45,490 nucleotides of DNA from Ancylonema sp. (taxonomy: Eukaryota): positions 62,001 through 107,490 of the forward strand of contig JBFLGF010000035.1 of NCBI GenBank assembly GCA_050230475.1, written 5' to 3'. Shown piece after piece: positions 21,490 through 33,989 of this stretch. The first letter of the stretch is position 1. Every line of letters starts with the position of its first letter. The notes under the pieces were generated by a model. It saw only the letters and a program-made list of their open reading frames with translations. It was not told the DNA's origin and made no database searches. The position numbers were made by a program, and so were the translations under genes.

Positions 21490-24248
21490 GCAGGAGTTTT
21501 TGTTTTGTTGTAGCGAACATGGTAACATGCTTTGTAAGCATGTCGGCCCCCATATGGCTTACTGAGCCATCTCCACTGACATTTCCCTCTCACTGTGGAC
21601 GCTGTTGCGGACGAAACGGTCTTATGCCAGGGATGTGGACAATATCATATGGCAGGTTGGCCTTCGAGACGAAACCGGATGGGTCCCGGCACTTCTGCTG
21701 CACCCAGGGCTTCCATCTGCAGGTGGCGAAGATAGCTGGCCTTCTGGCCTGCCATGGAGAGTGCCATGGACTCGATTCCGCAACTGCGGAGAGACGCATT
21801 GTGGCGGCCAGTTTGGACTGCCAGCGGACCGCACCCCCTGCAGAGACGAAAACAAAACCTGCGGGACCTCTTCCCGTCCGGACAGGTGAGGTGGCTGGAA
21901 TCGCAGAAACCCAAAATCGTTGTGCTGCTTCCGTTCTGTAGCAAATGGCACTGTCGATTGTGCCCGTCAGATATTTGAGGACATGTAGAACACCCTCCCA
22001 GTGCAACTTGCCCGGGGCCCCATTGAAACGACTGAGGGAGCGGATGGCAGCGAAGATGTCCGGTCGTGGGCAGAACTCTGTCATGTCAAATTTGGCCAGG
22101 ACGTCGGTGAGGTACGTCTGCTGCATCAAGGGGAAGGTCCCATATGACAGCTTTTGGATCTTTATGCCGAGTGAGAACTTCACGGCCCTTAAGTCCTTCA
22201 TGCAAAAGTTGGAGTGAGGAAAGAGCGTCTCTGTTGGGGTTGGATCTGCTGCTGTCTCTGTAGGCTCTTCTTTTGCTGCTCTTGAAGTGGCTGCGGCACC
22301 GGGTGACCGTGCTGGCGTGGATGCAGTTGTTGTCCCTGAAGCATCGCCGTAGTGGTTGTTGTCGATGGAGCTGGAAGCGTTGCCGAGGAGATCTGAAGGT
22401 AAGTCGGGGGTTGTGGATGAATCTTGAAGAAAAACTTTGTCCTCTTTGGTGTTGTCGTCATGTTTGTTGTAGGTAGCACCACCCACGCTCTTTGGTGTCC
22501 CTGGTCCGATTTGGCAGGTGTCGCATGATGGTATTCTTGTTGTCTTGACCTTAGAGAGTCCGGTGACTGTTTTTTGATTCGGAATTCGTTGCATGGCAGA
22601 TGGCGGCTCTGTTGGAGTTGGATCTGCTGCTGTCTCTGTGGGCTCTTGTTCTGCTCCTCCTACAGTGACTGCTGCATCGGGTGACTGTGCTGGCGTGGAT
22701 GCAGTGGTTGTCCCTGGGGCTGGGGCAGCTGCGGCAGCTGGGGCAGTCACTGGGGCTGGGACAGCGCCTGCAGCTGGGGCAGCGCTTGCAGCTGGGGCAG
22801 CACCGGTAGGAGGGCCTGTAGCTGGGGCAGCTCTTGGGGCTGGGAAAGCAGCGGCAGCTGGGGCTGGGACAGCGCCTCTAGCTGGGGCAACACTTGGGGC
22901 AGGGACAGCAGTGGCAGCTGGGGCAGTAGCAGCAGCTGGGACAGCCACTAGGGCTGGGACAGCTCCTGCAGCTGGGGCGGCACCTGGGGCTGGGGCAATC
23001 ACTGGGGCTGGGACAACGCCTGCAGCTGGGGCAGCACTTGCAGCTGGGGCAACACCTGAGGCTAGGGCAGCAGCGGCAGCTGAGGCAGCCACTGGGGCTG
23101 GGACAGCTCGTGTGGCTGGGGCAGCAGCGGCAGCTGGAGCTGCACTTGGAGCAGGCCCTGGAGGGCCCTTTTCGAGTTGGCAGTCGTCGCAGGATGGTAT
23201 GCCTGATGATTTCATTCTGGATAGTCCGGTTACCATATTCTCACTCAGAAGCCGTTGCATCGCAGGTTGACCACTATGGCCGAGGCGTCGGGGAAGGAGC
23301 ATCATGGTGACTTCACCAAGGTAGATAGCTGGATCAGTGGCTGTAGCAGAAGTAGGTGGAGGCAGAGTGTAGTCCAGGGTCAAGCGACCGTCGGTGAGCG
23401 TGAGTAGAGCAACCTGTTGGAGTTGGCCTGTAGGAAGGACTTTTTTTATACAACATTTCCCTGGAATCTCCTTGAAGACTGGAATGTACTTCGCCTGAAT
23501 CAACCTTTGAAGGGAAAACAAACTGAATTTCATCGATGGTATGTAAAGCACATCCCGAAGTGTGAGAGGTAGAGGGCCATTATCTGAGTCCGTGATGAGA
23601 ATCACAGTCCCAGTGTGAGTGACCTCGACAACACCTTGCACTTGTAAAATTTTATATGGTTTGTCGAGCTTCCTAAATGTCGAGAAATTGCCCATGTCGT
23701 GTGTCGTGTGATGAGATGCTCCACTGTCGCACAGCCAAGTACCTTGTAGAGGTGTTGTATCATTAATTGCCATCACTCCCATGCCATGCACACCCTTGAA
23801 AAAGAAGGATGACTTGGGAGTCGACGAATCTGGTTGCTCCCGCTTCTTTGTTCGGCAGTTTGCCTCGACATGGCCGCGTCGATGGCAAAAGTCACATTGT
23901 TTCTGGTGTTGCTTGCAATCTCTTGCAAAATTTCCTGTCGGATTGCAGTTGTAACAAATGGAGTCAGTTCTGGATGAGCCTGAACCACCACTGTGTCGAG
24001 AGTCTTTGCTCCTCTGTGCCCATAGAATTTCTGCTTGCGCTGTGACAGCGTTTAGAAACGCTGCAGAGCCTGAAACTGGTGCTTGACTCGTCTTTTGATG
24101 TCCGGTGTCATCGTCTCGCATGCTGGCATACAGTGATGCCAGGCTTGGTTTGACTTCTGCGTGCTGAAAATTCTTCTTGAGGTAGATGTAGCACTCATTC
24201 GGTTTGGAGAGCAACATGCGTTGTTGTTGTCTCTCGGTGGCTGGTACA
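21490..24248 (-). pseudogene. Copia polyprotein remnant: gag knuckles, protease, pre-integrase Zn motif, Ala/Pro repeat, RT and RNase H fragments
   Basis: CDFCHRRGHVEANC, WLCDSGASHH, RRLGH...CDDC, MKDLRAVKFSLGIKI, RPDIFAAIRSLSRF, GFCDSSH. No integrase DDE core. Confidence 0.9.
22690..23165 (-). repeat. Degenerate GC-rich minisatellite (GCAGCTGGGGC-type units) encoding an Ala/Pro-rich linker
   Basis: Direct inspection. It translates as PAPAAAPA-like repeats within the 911-aa ORF. Confidence 0.9.
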
Positions 24249-24959
24249 CCTAAGTTGACCGAGAAGCGGACCGGGTGTTTCGTACGCTGTGCACATATGT
24301 CATTATTACACTCAACAGCACGCAAGCTCCTTTTCAGGCCGTTCTTGAATAGATGCTAATTACTCCCACAACAAAAACACGGGTTTGCCGATCCTGGTAG
24401 AAGGGCTTCGCGTCTGGAGATTTGCGTCGTAGCTAACATTTTTGCCGAAAATTTTGGCTTCTTCCTAAAGTTTACTTTCGTCCTCGCGAGTCGACACTTT
24501 GTGATCAACAAAGCCAAAGCATGATTATATGGCGCTAGAGCAGGGTGACATAATTTCGCTCTTCGGATTTTCGTCAACTGCAGACAAATCGACCAAGGTT
24601 GTCGCACAACACGTATCTTTTACAATTTCGAAGGATATCAATGCGCATCAAAAGTTTCCTTCTCTTATCATGCTAGCAAAAATATTTAATAAATTCTTTA
24701 GCGTTTTTATGGATTAATTATTGAAAGCATTTTACAATAAATTTTTCTTACAGAGAAACAAAAGACGAGTATCTTGGTGACGCACTCGATCGAGTGCTAG
24801 CGCACATTTTTTTACTATTTTTCCCTGCAAGTCTTGTTTCCTACGAGCGCGACTATATTTCAGCAATTCATAATGTTAGCCAAAAAATGGGACGCCCGAA
24901 CGAAAAAGAGCACACGAAGGCGAACATGCCGTACCCGCATCACTATACGCAGGTTAANA

Positions 24960-26037
24960 TCTTCCTGAACGATAGACTGTAGTTATCCTCAACGACGCAC
25001 ACCAGCAATCAAGCAGAAGTTTTGCACCTCTGTCTATCGAGGGAAGCCTACATATACTCAGCTTGAGGTGAGCATCTCTCAACTGATTCTCTAGTGTTTT
25101 CGTTTGTGTCGGTGTTGAAATCTCACTTTCAGTGCGTTTCTGCCATGTGTGCTTCGTCAATGCCTTGAAGTCGCGACTCTATCAATCTGTATCAACGAAA
25201 GCCCCGCGTTGCATTGTTACTCCTGCATTGTTGCTTTGTTACGCATCATTATCGCTGCCCGAGTGTCTCTGAAGAATTGGGTGTTTCGTGGATAGAACCA
25301 TCGTTTCGTCACAAGTTTTCATTTCCCCTCTTTCAGGATCTTCTATCATCTGGAGGGAATCACCATGGGGCTCGAAGAAGAAGTGAACGACGGTACGTGG
25401 CTCGCCTAGCCTCTATTGACTGATTGGTTCCAGAAGGCTACTGAAGACAAAGATCCAAAATCGAATTTTTGCCCTGCGCTCGTGTCCAATTGAAGAAAAG
25501 ATTAACACCGTGTGATCGACCAACAACAAGAAATACACGCGGGACATCTGATGATTTGATTTTTCCTTTCGCGACCTGATTGTTTCTTTCGTTCCGTGTG
25601 GCCAGAACCGTCATTTCTTCATTCACATCTCTCAATACCTCAGCGCGTCAGCCTTTCTATCATCACGATGCTAGAGACCTGTTCTCCTCCACTCTACTCA
25701 TTTTCCGGTTCTTGTCAATGTAATTGGTTGTCAGGCCATCAGAAAGATGTATCGATGGAGATCGAGAAGGGAGGCTCCGTTCACGGTCTCGCTCAAGGTA
25801 TGCCCAACCAGGACGTGTCGCCACCAGCCACTCCGTTTCTTTGGCACAACCGAGCATGGCCCTGACTCGTACACATGCCAACCTTATTTGCGTCGATGAA
25901 ACTACGTATAGAATGAAGCCCTGTCATCCGGCTGCCTTCTTCCTTTCACTCAGATTGATTTGATTCTGCACTGAATGCCCCGCAACTGCCTCCAACCCCC
26001 CACCCGCTTACCCCTCGCAGATAATCCTTGGGAGGTG
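24960..26037 (+). other. Apparently identical copy of 34714-35791 (5' end of the transporter gene), bounded by N at 24958 and 26038
   Basis: Constant offset of 9754, identical ORF translations, single Ns on both sides. Probable assembly artefact. Confidence 0.9.
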
Positions 26038-26039
26038 NA

Positions 26040-26292
26040 CACATGCCAAAATCATGACACACTCTTTTATCGTCAGGATTTTTCAGACAGTCTTATTGTG
26101 AGTGAAGATATAATCTCTTGCCTAACAAACTTGCAGTCTATTCCCCATCTCGTAGCGTTGTAAGTAGACTATAAGATATGCTCGAGCGAGCTCTGATGAA
26201 TGATTGCTTCAATCGCAAACAACATTATGGCACCTGAGGGCTTGAGAGACTGCGACCTTCCAAGTGATCAGAACGGCTTGATCTGATGATCT
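26040..26292 (+). repeat. Apparently identical copy of 26567-26819
   Basis: Offset 527, starting right after the N at 26038. Confidence 0.9.
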
Positions 26293-26377
26293 AATAGCTT
26301 CTGATTTCAAAACATGGACGAATAGCACACGTGATCAGTGCACGTGACTGATCACGAGAGGTTTCCTTTGTCTGCAG

Positions 26378-28145
26378 TCTCAACCGCGATATGGATCTGC
26401 GACGGGTACTGTGTCACGCGGATACGCTGCCAGCGCAGGGGAGGTGAGATATTGTGAAATTCCAAATATTTTCCTCCCTAACCGGTGAGTCAGTAAGGAA
26501 TGCTTAAGCAGATGCGTACTTCACGTTACCAACTGAACCGGTAAAATGTGGATCTCCTACATAATTCACATGCCAAAATCATGACACACTCTTTTATCGT
26601 CAGGATTTTTCAGACAGTCTTATTGTGAGTGAAGATATAATCTCTTGCCTAACAAACTTGCAGTCTATTCCCCATCTCGTAGCGTTGTAAGTAGACTATA
26701 AGATATGCTCGAGCGAGCTCTGATGAATGATTGCTTCAATCGCAAACAACATTATGGCACCTGAGGGCTTGAGAGACTGCGACCTTCCAAGTGATCAGAA
26801 CGGCTTGATCTGATGATCTTCAAACACCTGACTGAGGTGTTACGACTCTGTCTCCGCTGACGCCAGTTGACGGTGCGAGATGCCCTCAACTCTGCCCTCG
26901 ATGAGGAGATGGGCGCAGACCCTAAAGTTTTTGTCATTGGGGAAGAGGTACGTCTCTCATTCCACAGCAATGTGCCACCCGGCAACAATCCGTACATCCT
27001 ATGCCAGCTCATATTTCGCTTTCCGCAAAAGCCACGTTGTATTTGCTGCACACAGGATACGTATTGCTGGCTGCCAGAAAAGAAACTGGATTGAGCTTGT
27101 TCCTGCCATAATATATGCGATTTTGTGGGCTTTGGGGTTTAGGTCGGCGAATATGAAGGGGCGTACAAGGTGAGGCAGAGCCCCCCTCAAGCTTATACCT
27201 AAAGAGTTGAGCCTTAATTCATGGTGCATTGCCCTATATCCAGGGTGACAGAAGCAGTGTTGGGGTGTGTCCTGATAATGGACACTTGGACACCCGGACA
27301 CCCGGACACCCGGACACCTGGACACCTGAACAGCTCTGTAGCCAGGCTTGTTTGAGAAGCAATCCTGGAAAACTCTTATGCATCGCCTCCCCTTCCCACC
27401 CTCGATTCACCTCTGTGGCGACTCTTGTCCGTCGATTCTCAGATCACTAAAGGTCTCCTTCAAAAGTACGGTCCCGATCGCGTCCTGGATACACCAATCA
27501 CAGAGGTACGTATCGGATCCGTATCGGATTCGGATCGCAGGTGTATGCATCGATTCGGACTCGCAACATTGTCCCAACACTCCCATCATCCTCATACGAG
27601 CCTGCATACACCTACACACGTCAGTCATGGGGCCAGGAAGTGCGGGGTGTAAAGAGGAGGAGAATCAATCAACTTTTACCCAACATTGTCGGTCTTCAAC
27701 ACAGTTTCCAGTTTTCTCGTCTGCATCTAGTCGTGTAGTGTGTCCGGATGCATTCGCCATGCGCCTGGGGTGCAATTGGAGGGTGAGGGTGGGTGGGTTC
27801 AGGCGGGGTTTGCGGGAATCGGAGTGGGAGCCGACATGTATGGGCTGAAGCCTGTGGTGGATTTCATGACCTTCAAGTTCGCGATGCAGGTTTGTGACAT
27901 CCGTCCGTGTACTCGCGGCTGCTGCCTTGATTTTCACGTGTGCTTTTGTTTTGACTTTCTCATGACTGGTGTGTTGAGGAAGGTTAAGAAGGATATTCGC
28001 ACAGGGTGGTTAGCAGCAACAATCTTGGAGATCGTGAATTTTTTATCTTTCATTGATTGTCATATGTTAAACCACTTGATGTGTATACCAGATGGTCATG
28101 TCTGCCTCTACCGCCCGCATTATGAGTCATGTGTGAACTTTTTTT

Positions 28146-28204
<59 letters not shown>

Positions 28205-30793
28205 GCTTTCTAGCCCTTTTTTTTTTAACTTTTTTCTTTTCTTCTTATACCGAGTATAAATCTAAGAGCCTTAGTTTCGGGGTTCTGGATCTGTGTTCCC
28301 CCCACCCCGCAGGCCATCGACCACATCATAAACTCGGCCGCCAAGTCTCACTATATGTCTGGTGGACAGCTCACCTGCCCCATCGTCTTCCGGGGACCCA
28401 ATGGGGCGGCAGCAGGGGTGGGAGCGCAGCACTCTCAGGTGAGGGGTGGATGGGATCCGGAGATCAGGGTTTGGGATTTAGGGTTTAGGGGAGATGTAGG
28501 GTCAGGTTGGTGCTCGAGAGGGCATAGCTGGCAACGGGGCTGGAAGCAATGATAGTATGGGGAGTGGGGGAAGGGAAGGGTTGATATCAGAGGGAAGGAT
28601 GGATGAGGAAGATGGGATGGACGGGATGGAGGGGCAGTAGGTGGGTTGGGGGAGAGGTGCAGTGGGGCAGAAGTCACCAAAAGTGGGTAGGCAGGGATGA
28701 ATTTTGGTAGCTGTATGCTGGGGTGCATTCAGCTTCTATCATACAGCCGGGGTTGGTTTTCGAATGGTCTGAACAAGGAACTGCCCGCAGGGTTTGGAGA
28801 TTGGAGTGCGGGTAGGGGGATGGGGGATGGGGTAAATGTACACATGTGGGACTGCTGTGTATGCGTGCGGGGGGCGGGGTTTGGGGGTTCAGGAAACTAA
28901 CTATCGTGTGTATGGTTTTCGGCTCCTCACATTCTGCCAACCTTGCGGGTATGGGGTTCTGAGCCCTGCAGTGTTTTGCGGCCTGGTACGGTCACTGCCC
29001 GGGGCTCAAGGTTCTATCCCCATGGTCGGCAGAAGACGCCCGAGGGCTCATGAAGGCCGCCATCCGGGACCCGGATCCAGTGGTCTTCCTTGAAAACGAA
29101 TTGCTGTACGTGCGACCACTGGCAGCTACCCATGTAGTGGAGGGCGGCAGGGGGGGGCTGGGGGTTTTGGGCTCAGTGGTTGGGGGCATGAAAGGCACTG
29201 AAAGAGGTGTCTGTGTTCGGAATGCGGTGTTGCCACCTGGGTTCAGCAGTCACTTAGGGTTTAGGGTGTGAGGGTGTGCCTGCAGGTACGGTGAGAGCTT
29301 CCCTGTGAGCAAGGAGGTCCTGGACCCAAACTTTACTCTCCCCATAGGCAAAGCCAAGGTACAGAGGCGCTCTCCCAGCCTCACTACTGAACCTTCTGCA
29401 TCCCAACCAATGAGACAGGGCTGTACCTAGCAGCTCTGACAGCTGGCAGCTGAAACCTCGCCCATTCTCGACAGCATGCTTGTAGTGAATCCGAGTTTCG
29501 CACGAGGGGGAATGGTCGGAACATGAGCAAAGACAGTGAATCATATGAACAGCAAGCGGAGTAAAGTGAGATATTCCTCCCCCCCCCTCCCATCATCTCT
29601 CGCAGAGAGAAAGGGAAGGCACGGACGTCACTCTTGTGGCCTACTCTAAAATGGTCGGCTTCTCCCTGAAGGTATACCACGGCTCAAGCATGCCACCCGT
29701 GTATTTCAGTCCAGAATGTGACTCTACTCAGAGGGGTGGTGCAGGCTGCTGAGGAGCTGGCCAAGGAGGGGATCAGTGCTGAGGTGAGGGGGTCAGATGC
29801 GGGGATGCGGTTTCTTTATACATCGCCCTCGCGTTTCTGAGATTAGGAGTATGTCACAGCTGGCTTCAGCAATTCCATACCCATCACATACGGATCATAT
29901 ACCATTATAAATAATGGTATATGATGTGTATATTTCATGTATCACACATACATGTATATGGTATATTATACAGAAGAGTTATTTCCTTTTATTTATGCTC
30001 TCTTTTTCTTGTCATTGTGTCATGAGCCTGGTCACCTGGAAGCTTGTGTGGCTTTACATGCGTAATTCACAGACCATCCTCTACAAATTGACATGTTTGT
30101 CATTCGTCCATCCACACCACACGCATGCTGACGTGACAGGGTCTCCACCTGTGTGCTGACGTGGCAGGTGATCAACCTCCGCAGCATCCGGCCCCTCGAC
30201 CGGGCCACCATCAACGCGTCCGTCAGAAAGACGTCCCGATTGGTGACAGTGGAGGAGGGTTGGCCGCAACACGGGGTGGGCGCAGAAATCTGGTACTTCC
30301 AATAAGGGAGCTGGGAAGGGAGAGGGGTTATAGTATATAGTGTATAGGATTAGGCTCATAGTGGTATGTACTCATTTTGGTCTGCCTTTTTCTTCCTCTA
30401 TCTCATTCAATTTGTGAGTCTGTAAGTGGGTGGTGTGGTGCTTGCTTCTGATTGGGCGGTGGGTGACGTGCCCAATGACAACGCAGCGCATCGGTAGTAG
30501 AGGAGAGTTTTGAGTACTTGGATGCGCCGGTGGAGCGAATCGCAGGCGCTGACATCCCCATGCCGTACGCTGCCAATCTGGAGCGACTGGCTCTGCCTCA
30601 GGTGAATACAACATTGACATCCAAAGTCAGGTTTCTGGTATGATGGAGGCACCTGGCAGGTGTTTTCCGAGTCCCCTGAATGAGACATGGGGATAATGAA
30701 ATGGTGTTCCTGTTGCACAATGTCCAGGTGGCCGACATTGTTCGAGCTGCGAAGCGCGCTTGCTACCGACAAGCAACACAAAAAGCCGCGTAG
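26378..30793 (+). CDS. PDHB: Mitochondrial pyruvate dehydrogenase E1 beta, 5'-partial; exons 26378-26443, 26867-26947, 27143-27169, 27443-27505, 27803-27889, 28313-28438, 28972-29105, 29286-29358, 29606-29671, 29745-29783, 30168-30292, 30487-30601, 30728-30793
   Basis: [97 protein letters not shown] introns with consistent phases. No start exon found. Confidence 0.95.
28153..28203. repeat. (CT)n microsatellite in a PDH intron
   Basis: Perfect TC run of ~50 nt. Confidence 0.98.
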
Positions 30794-31486
30794 GACAAAA
30801 GGCGGGGGCGAAATTTCCGAATTGTCAAGGAAGACTAGTCTATTCACGGCATCCTGTGTGTCTGCAGCTATCAAAGATTGGGGCTTAGTTTGTATTGCAT
30901 CACAATAATGTCATGGGTAGTTTACAGATGGAGTTTTTGGCACATACTCGGACTGGAATGAGAAGATGATGGGAGAGCAAAGATAGTTGTAGTATGTGCA
31001 TGCGAAAAGTTGTGAACAATGAGGAGGCTACAGAAATTCAACGCTTTATGTGTTGACGACAGCGGTGTCTAATCTTGATACCATAATACGATTAGTTGTC
31101 TAATTTTGTTGTGTCATGTGTATCGAAGAGCGTGATCAATCCCATATTTTATTTTGATGTCGACTGTACAATGTGCCGGCTGTGCTATCCTATGTGTAGT
31201 TGCCATGTACATGATTTGTATGAGCTAAGAACCCTTGTGTGTTAAGTGGTTGGGTGAAGCACCCAGGGAAGATGCACGCGTGATCATTTGGTGAAGTGTC
31301 CACCACGTCGACCCTATCATGACATACAGGAAGGTCGGAATCCGTTTCAATCCGTGAGTAGTCAGCCACATTCGTTACATTCATCAAATGCCAATTTTCC
31401 AGAGTGTAGTGATCGTTTGAAAGTTACGAGTGATGTATTTGAACATGCAAGCATGTCGAGAACACCAACTGGACTTCGTAAGCTTA

Positions 31487-32464
31487 TGTCGTGTCCTACC
31501 CACACGTGTAAAGATATCGCCCTGACGAACACCGGTGTTCTAAGCCAGTCACACGTGCAAACCGAGTGCTACACCGGCTCTACCACACACATAACTGTCA
31601 ACACGTGTGACATCATCCATCATCACACAAGCTTTTTCGGCACAATGCTGCACCATCACATGAGTCAAATAGTTTTCACTTGTCTACCCAAAGGCAAGGC
31701 AATGCTAAAGTGTTTGAGTAAAACTTTCTCGAAACGTGAATGTTGTACAGGGTGCAGTGATACTCTATTGCAACTGAACGTCAATATGACACTTAGCAAA
31801 CAATCAAATCGAATGTAGAATGCAAATACAATTGCCAACCAAACACATTCATTCACATTGACAATCACAAAATTCGCCAATGCAAATTGTTAGCATGCTT
31901 CCGAAGCACACTCCGACCGAATAAGGCCAGAGTGCAAAGATTACAGATCGTGTAATTCTCACCTACAAACGGACCTAGGATCGTTACAACGCCGACTTGC
32001 TGTCCACCGTGCGAGCATCTCCATTCTTTGCCACGTATTTGGTAACGATGTTGTGCGCATGCGTTCTACAACAACGTCAAATGTTATGTATTAATATATG
32101 GCGGCCAATGAGGCCACGGCCTGGTCGGCTAAGGAGCCGACCTCTGTCCCTCTACCGCCAAGTGTCTACACGTGGGGCATAGTGCTCTGCCCCAGCTGCA
32201 TTATCGAGTCCAGCAGGGGCTTGTTGTACGGCCGAATAGCCGACCTGTGCCGTCCCTGGCCAGGTGCGCGCGTGTGTGTCACAATGCACCGCTAAGTGGC
32301 ACCGCCACGGCTTCCGGACATTCCGTTAGGTCCAGCGGAGAGTCGCTAATGATGACTTCCCCTATAATAGAAAATGCTATGCTATATCGCGAAACGAAAC
32401 ATGCACATACACCCGCGCACGCGCCAAACCACTTTATAAGCACAGAATCGTACATGGTCAGACA
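31487..32464 (-). mobile_element. Solo LTR S4
   Basis: TGTCGTG...GGTCAGACA termini, flanks CTTA/CTTG, CACGTG cluster, CCCAAAGGCAAGGC box, family terminal motif TATAAGCACAGAATCG. Confidence 0.75.
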
Positions 32465-32753
32465 CTTGTATTTCGGGAATAAACCACGGCAAGCACATAA
32501 CATCATGTGTAAGATGGCGTTGTCCAAAGTTGGAAGCAGTTCATAAATAATATTGTGAGTCGGATCGGACACGTAAACAAACCAATTTTTGGCAACTAAT
32601 CGCAGATTTGTATTGTATTTGGACGAGTCTTTTACAGAAGCTGATCGATTAATTTGCGCCGTAGTCACGTTGAATAATTATATTGGACATGTGTGTGATA
32701 TTTTTTGACATGGAAAATCCTTTGTTCGGATTCAGACCTGTCATCTGTGTAGT

Positions 32754-33989
32754 TGTCGTGCTTTTTAACATCGTGTCTCATTCACACGTGTAAACCATTC
32801 GTACTAACGAACATCGTTGGAAAGTGCACTTAGCACGTGCGAATCATCTTATCGCATAAAACGTATACAAATTGCATTGTGACCTAGCCAAGGTCCGCCG
32901 CACACACGTGCGAGCTAACATAAAGCATTGTACTCGCACCATGCGAGTCTACCACATGCCAAATACTATTTTCTAGTCTACCTACGGCAAGGCGTTGCCG
33001 TCAGCATGAGCGTAGAATGCTCGAAGCTCATGAGTTGTATGAAGATGAAATGTGCAATCGATCGATGAATGAACGCAATTCACAAAGAGGAAAATGCTAG
33101 CCGAACACAATGACAATTTACACGAAGGATGTGGTCAATTAATCAGCGGGTCCCGAGGTGTGATAAGACCTATTAAGGTCTGATCACAAATGTTACAGAA
33201 TGTATAGTGCTCAGCAAACTAATCATGCTAATAACTAGGAAGCTACCGATCCTGCCGCATCTACTTGCGGCGCCGGCTTACTAGCTAGTCCACTCATAGA
33301 CCAGTACGCTAGGACAGATCATGCTACACTCTTAACTCTAGCTGAGTAGAAGTGAAGCGGGTACTGTAGTAGTGATGTACGCTCGCAGCTACTGACCAGT
33401 ATCCACATAAGTTACAAAACTGCCTTTTGGGCCTTGTCGCATCCCCGCAGCATAATGCTAACTTACGGCGCCTTTAACGCGGTGTGAATATTGCTAGTCG
33501 CTGACTAAGGAACTTGCCCGCTTGTACTATAGTGGCCTCGCAACGCAGCTGTCAGTACAGTCCGTCTAAAGTGCTGCTGATGGTGCCGTAGGTGGCGGAA
33601 CAATCATACCGTTCATCCTAACGACGGCCTTAGATTGTGTTTGAGCCGCTGATGACATAATACGTCCAAGGGATACGTGTTACTTTGAATCATTATCGAG
33701 GAGTACCCACGCGTCTACCAAATATAACTTAAGGCCTTGAATACTTGCACCCACACAATTTCATCGCACAAGTTCGTTCGCCGTATAGGCACATTCACCG
33801 AATTAGCTTTTCCACCATACAGGCACATTAACCGTATTAACGTATTCACCGTTCTCAGGCATCTTCACCATGTAGGCATCCTCTCTAAATAGGTACGTTT
33901 CTGGTATAGGCATTCTCACCAAGTAGGCCATTCCATCGTATAGGCCCTAATAACCACCATATAAGCACACGATCGAATATCGTCCGACA
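32754..33989 (-). mobile_element. Solo LTR S3
   Basis: TGTCG...CGACA termini, flanks GTAGT/GTAAT. Left end is homologous to S1; the body is most similar to the element A LTR. Confidence 0.85.

Larger units (their letters stand above)
21063..24317 (-). mobile_element. Internally deleted Ty1/copia element; complete 3' LTR 21063-21427, 5' LTR remnant 24249-24317
   Basis: TGTTGA...TCAACA termini. TSD GCACG at 21058-21062 and 24318-24322. PPT (CACCCCCCT on +) follows 21427. Confidence 0.93.

Noticed and set aside
22593..23270. 225-aa Ala/Gly-rich plus-strand ORF
   Set aside because: Antisense shadow of the GC-rich minisatellite.
24887..24957. Candidate PDH first exon ending CAG|GT
   Set aside because: Does not resemble a mitochondrial presequence and abuts an N.
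33645..33675. Hammerhead ribozyme (CTGATGA core)
   Set aside because: No GAAA after stem II, and the motif is not conserved in homologous copies.
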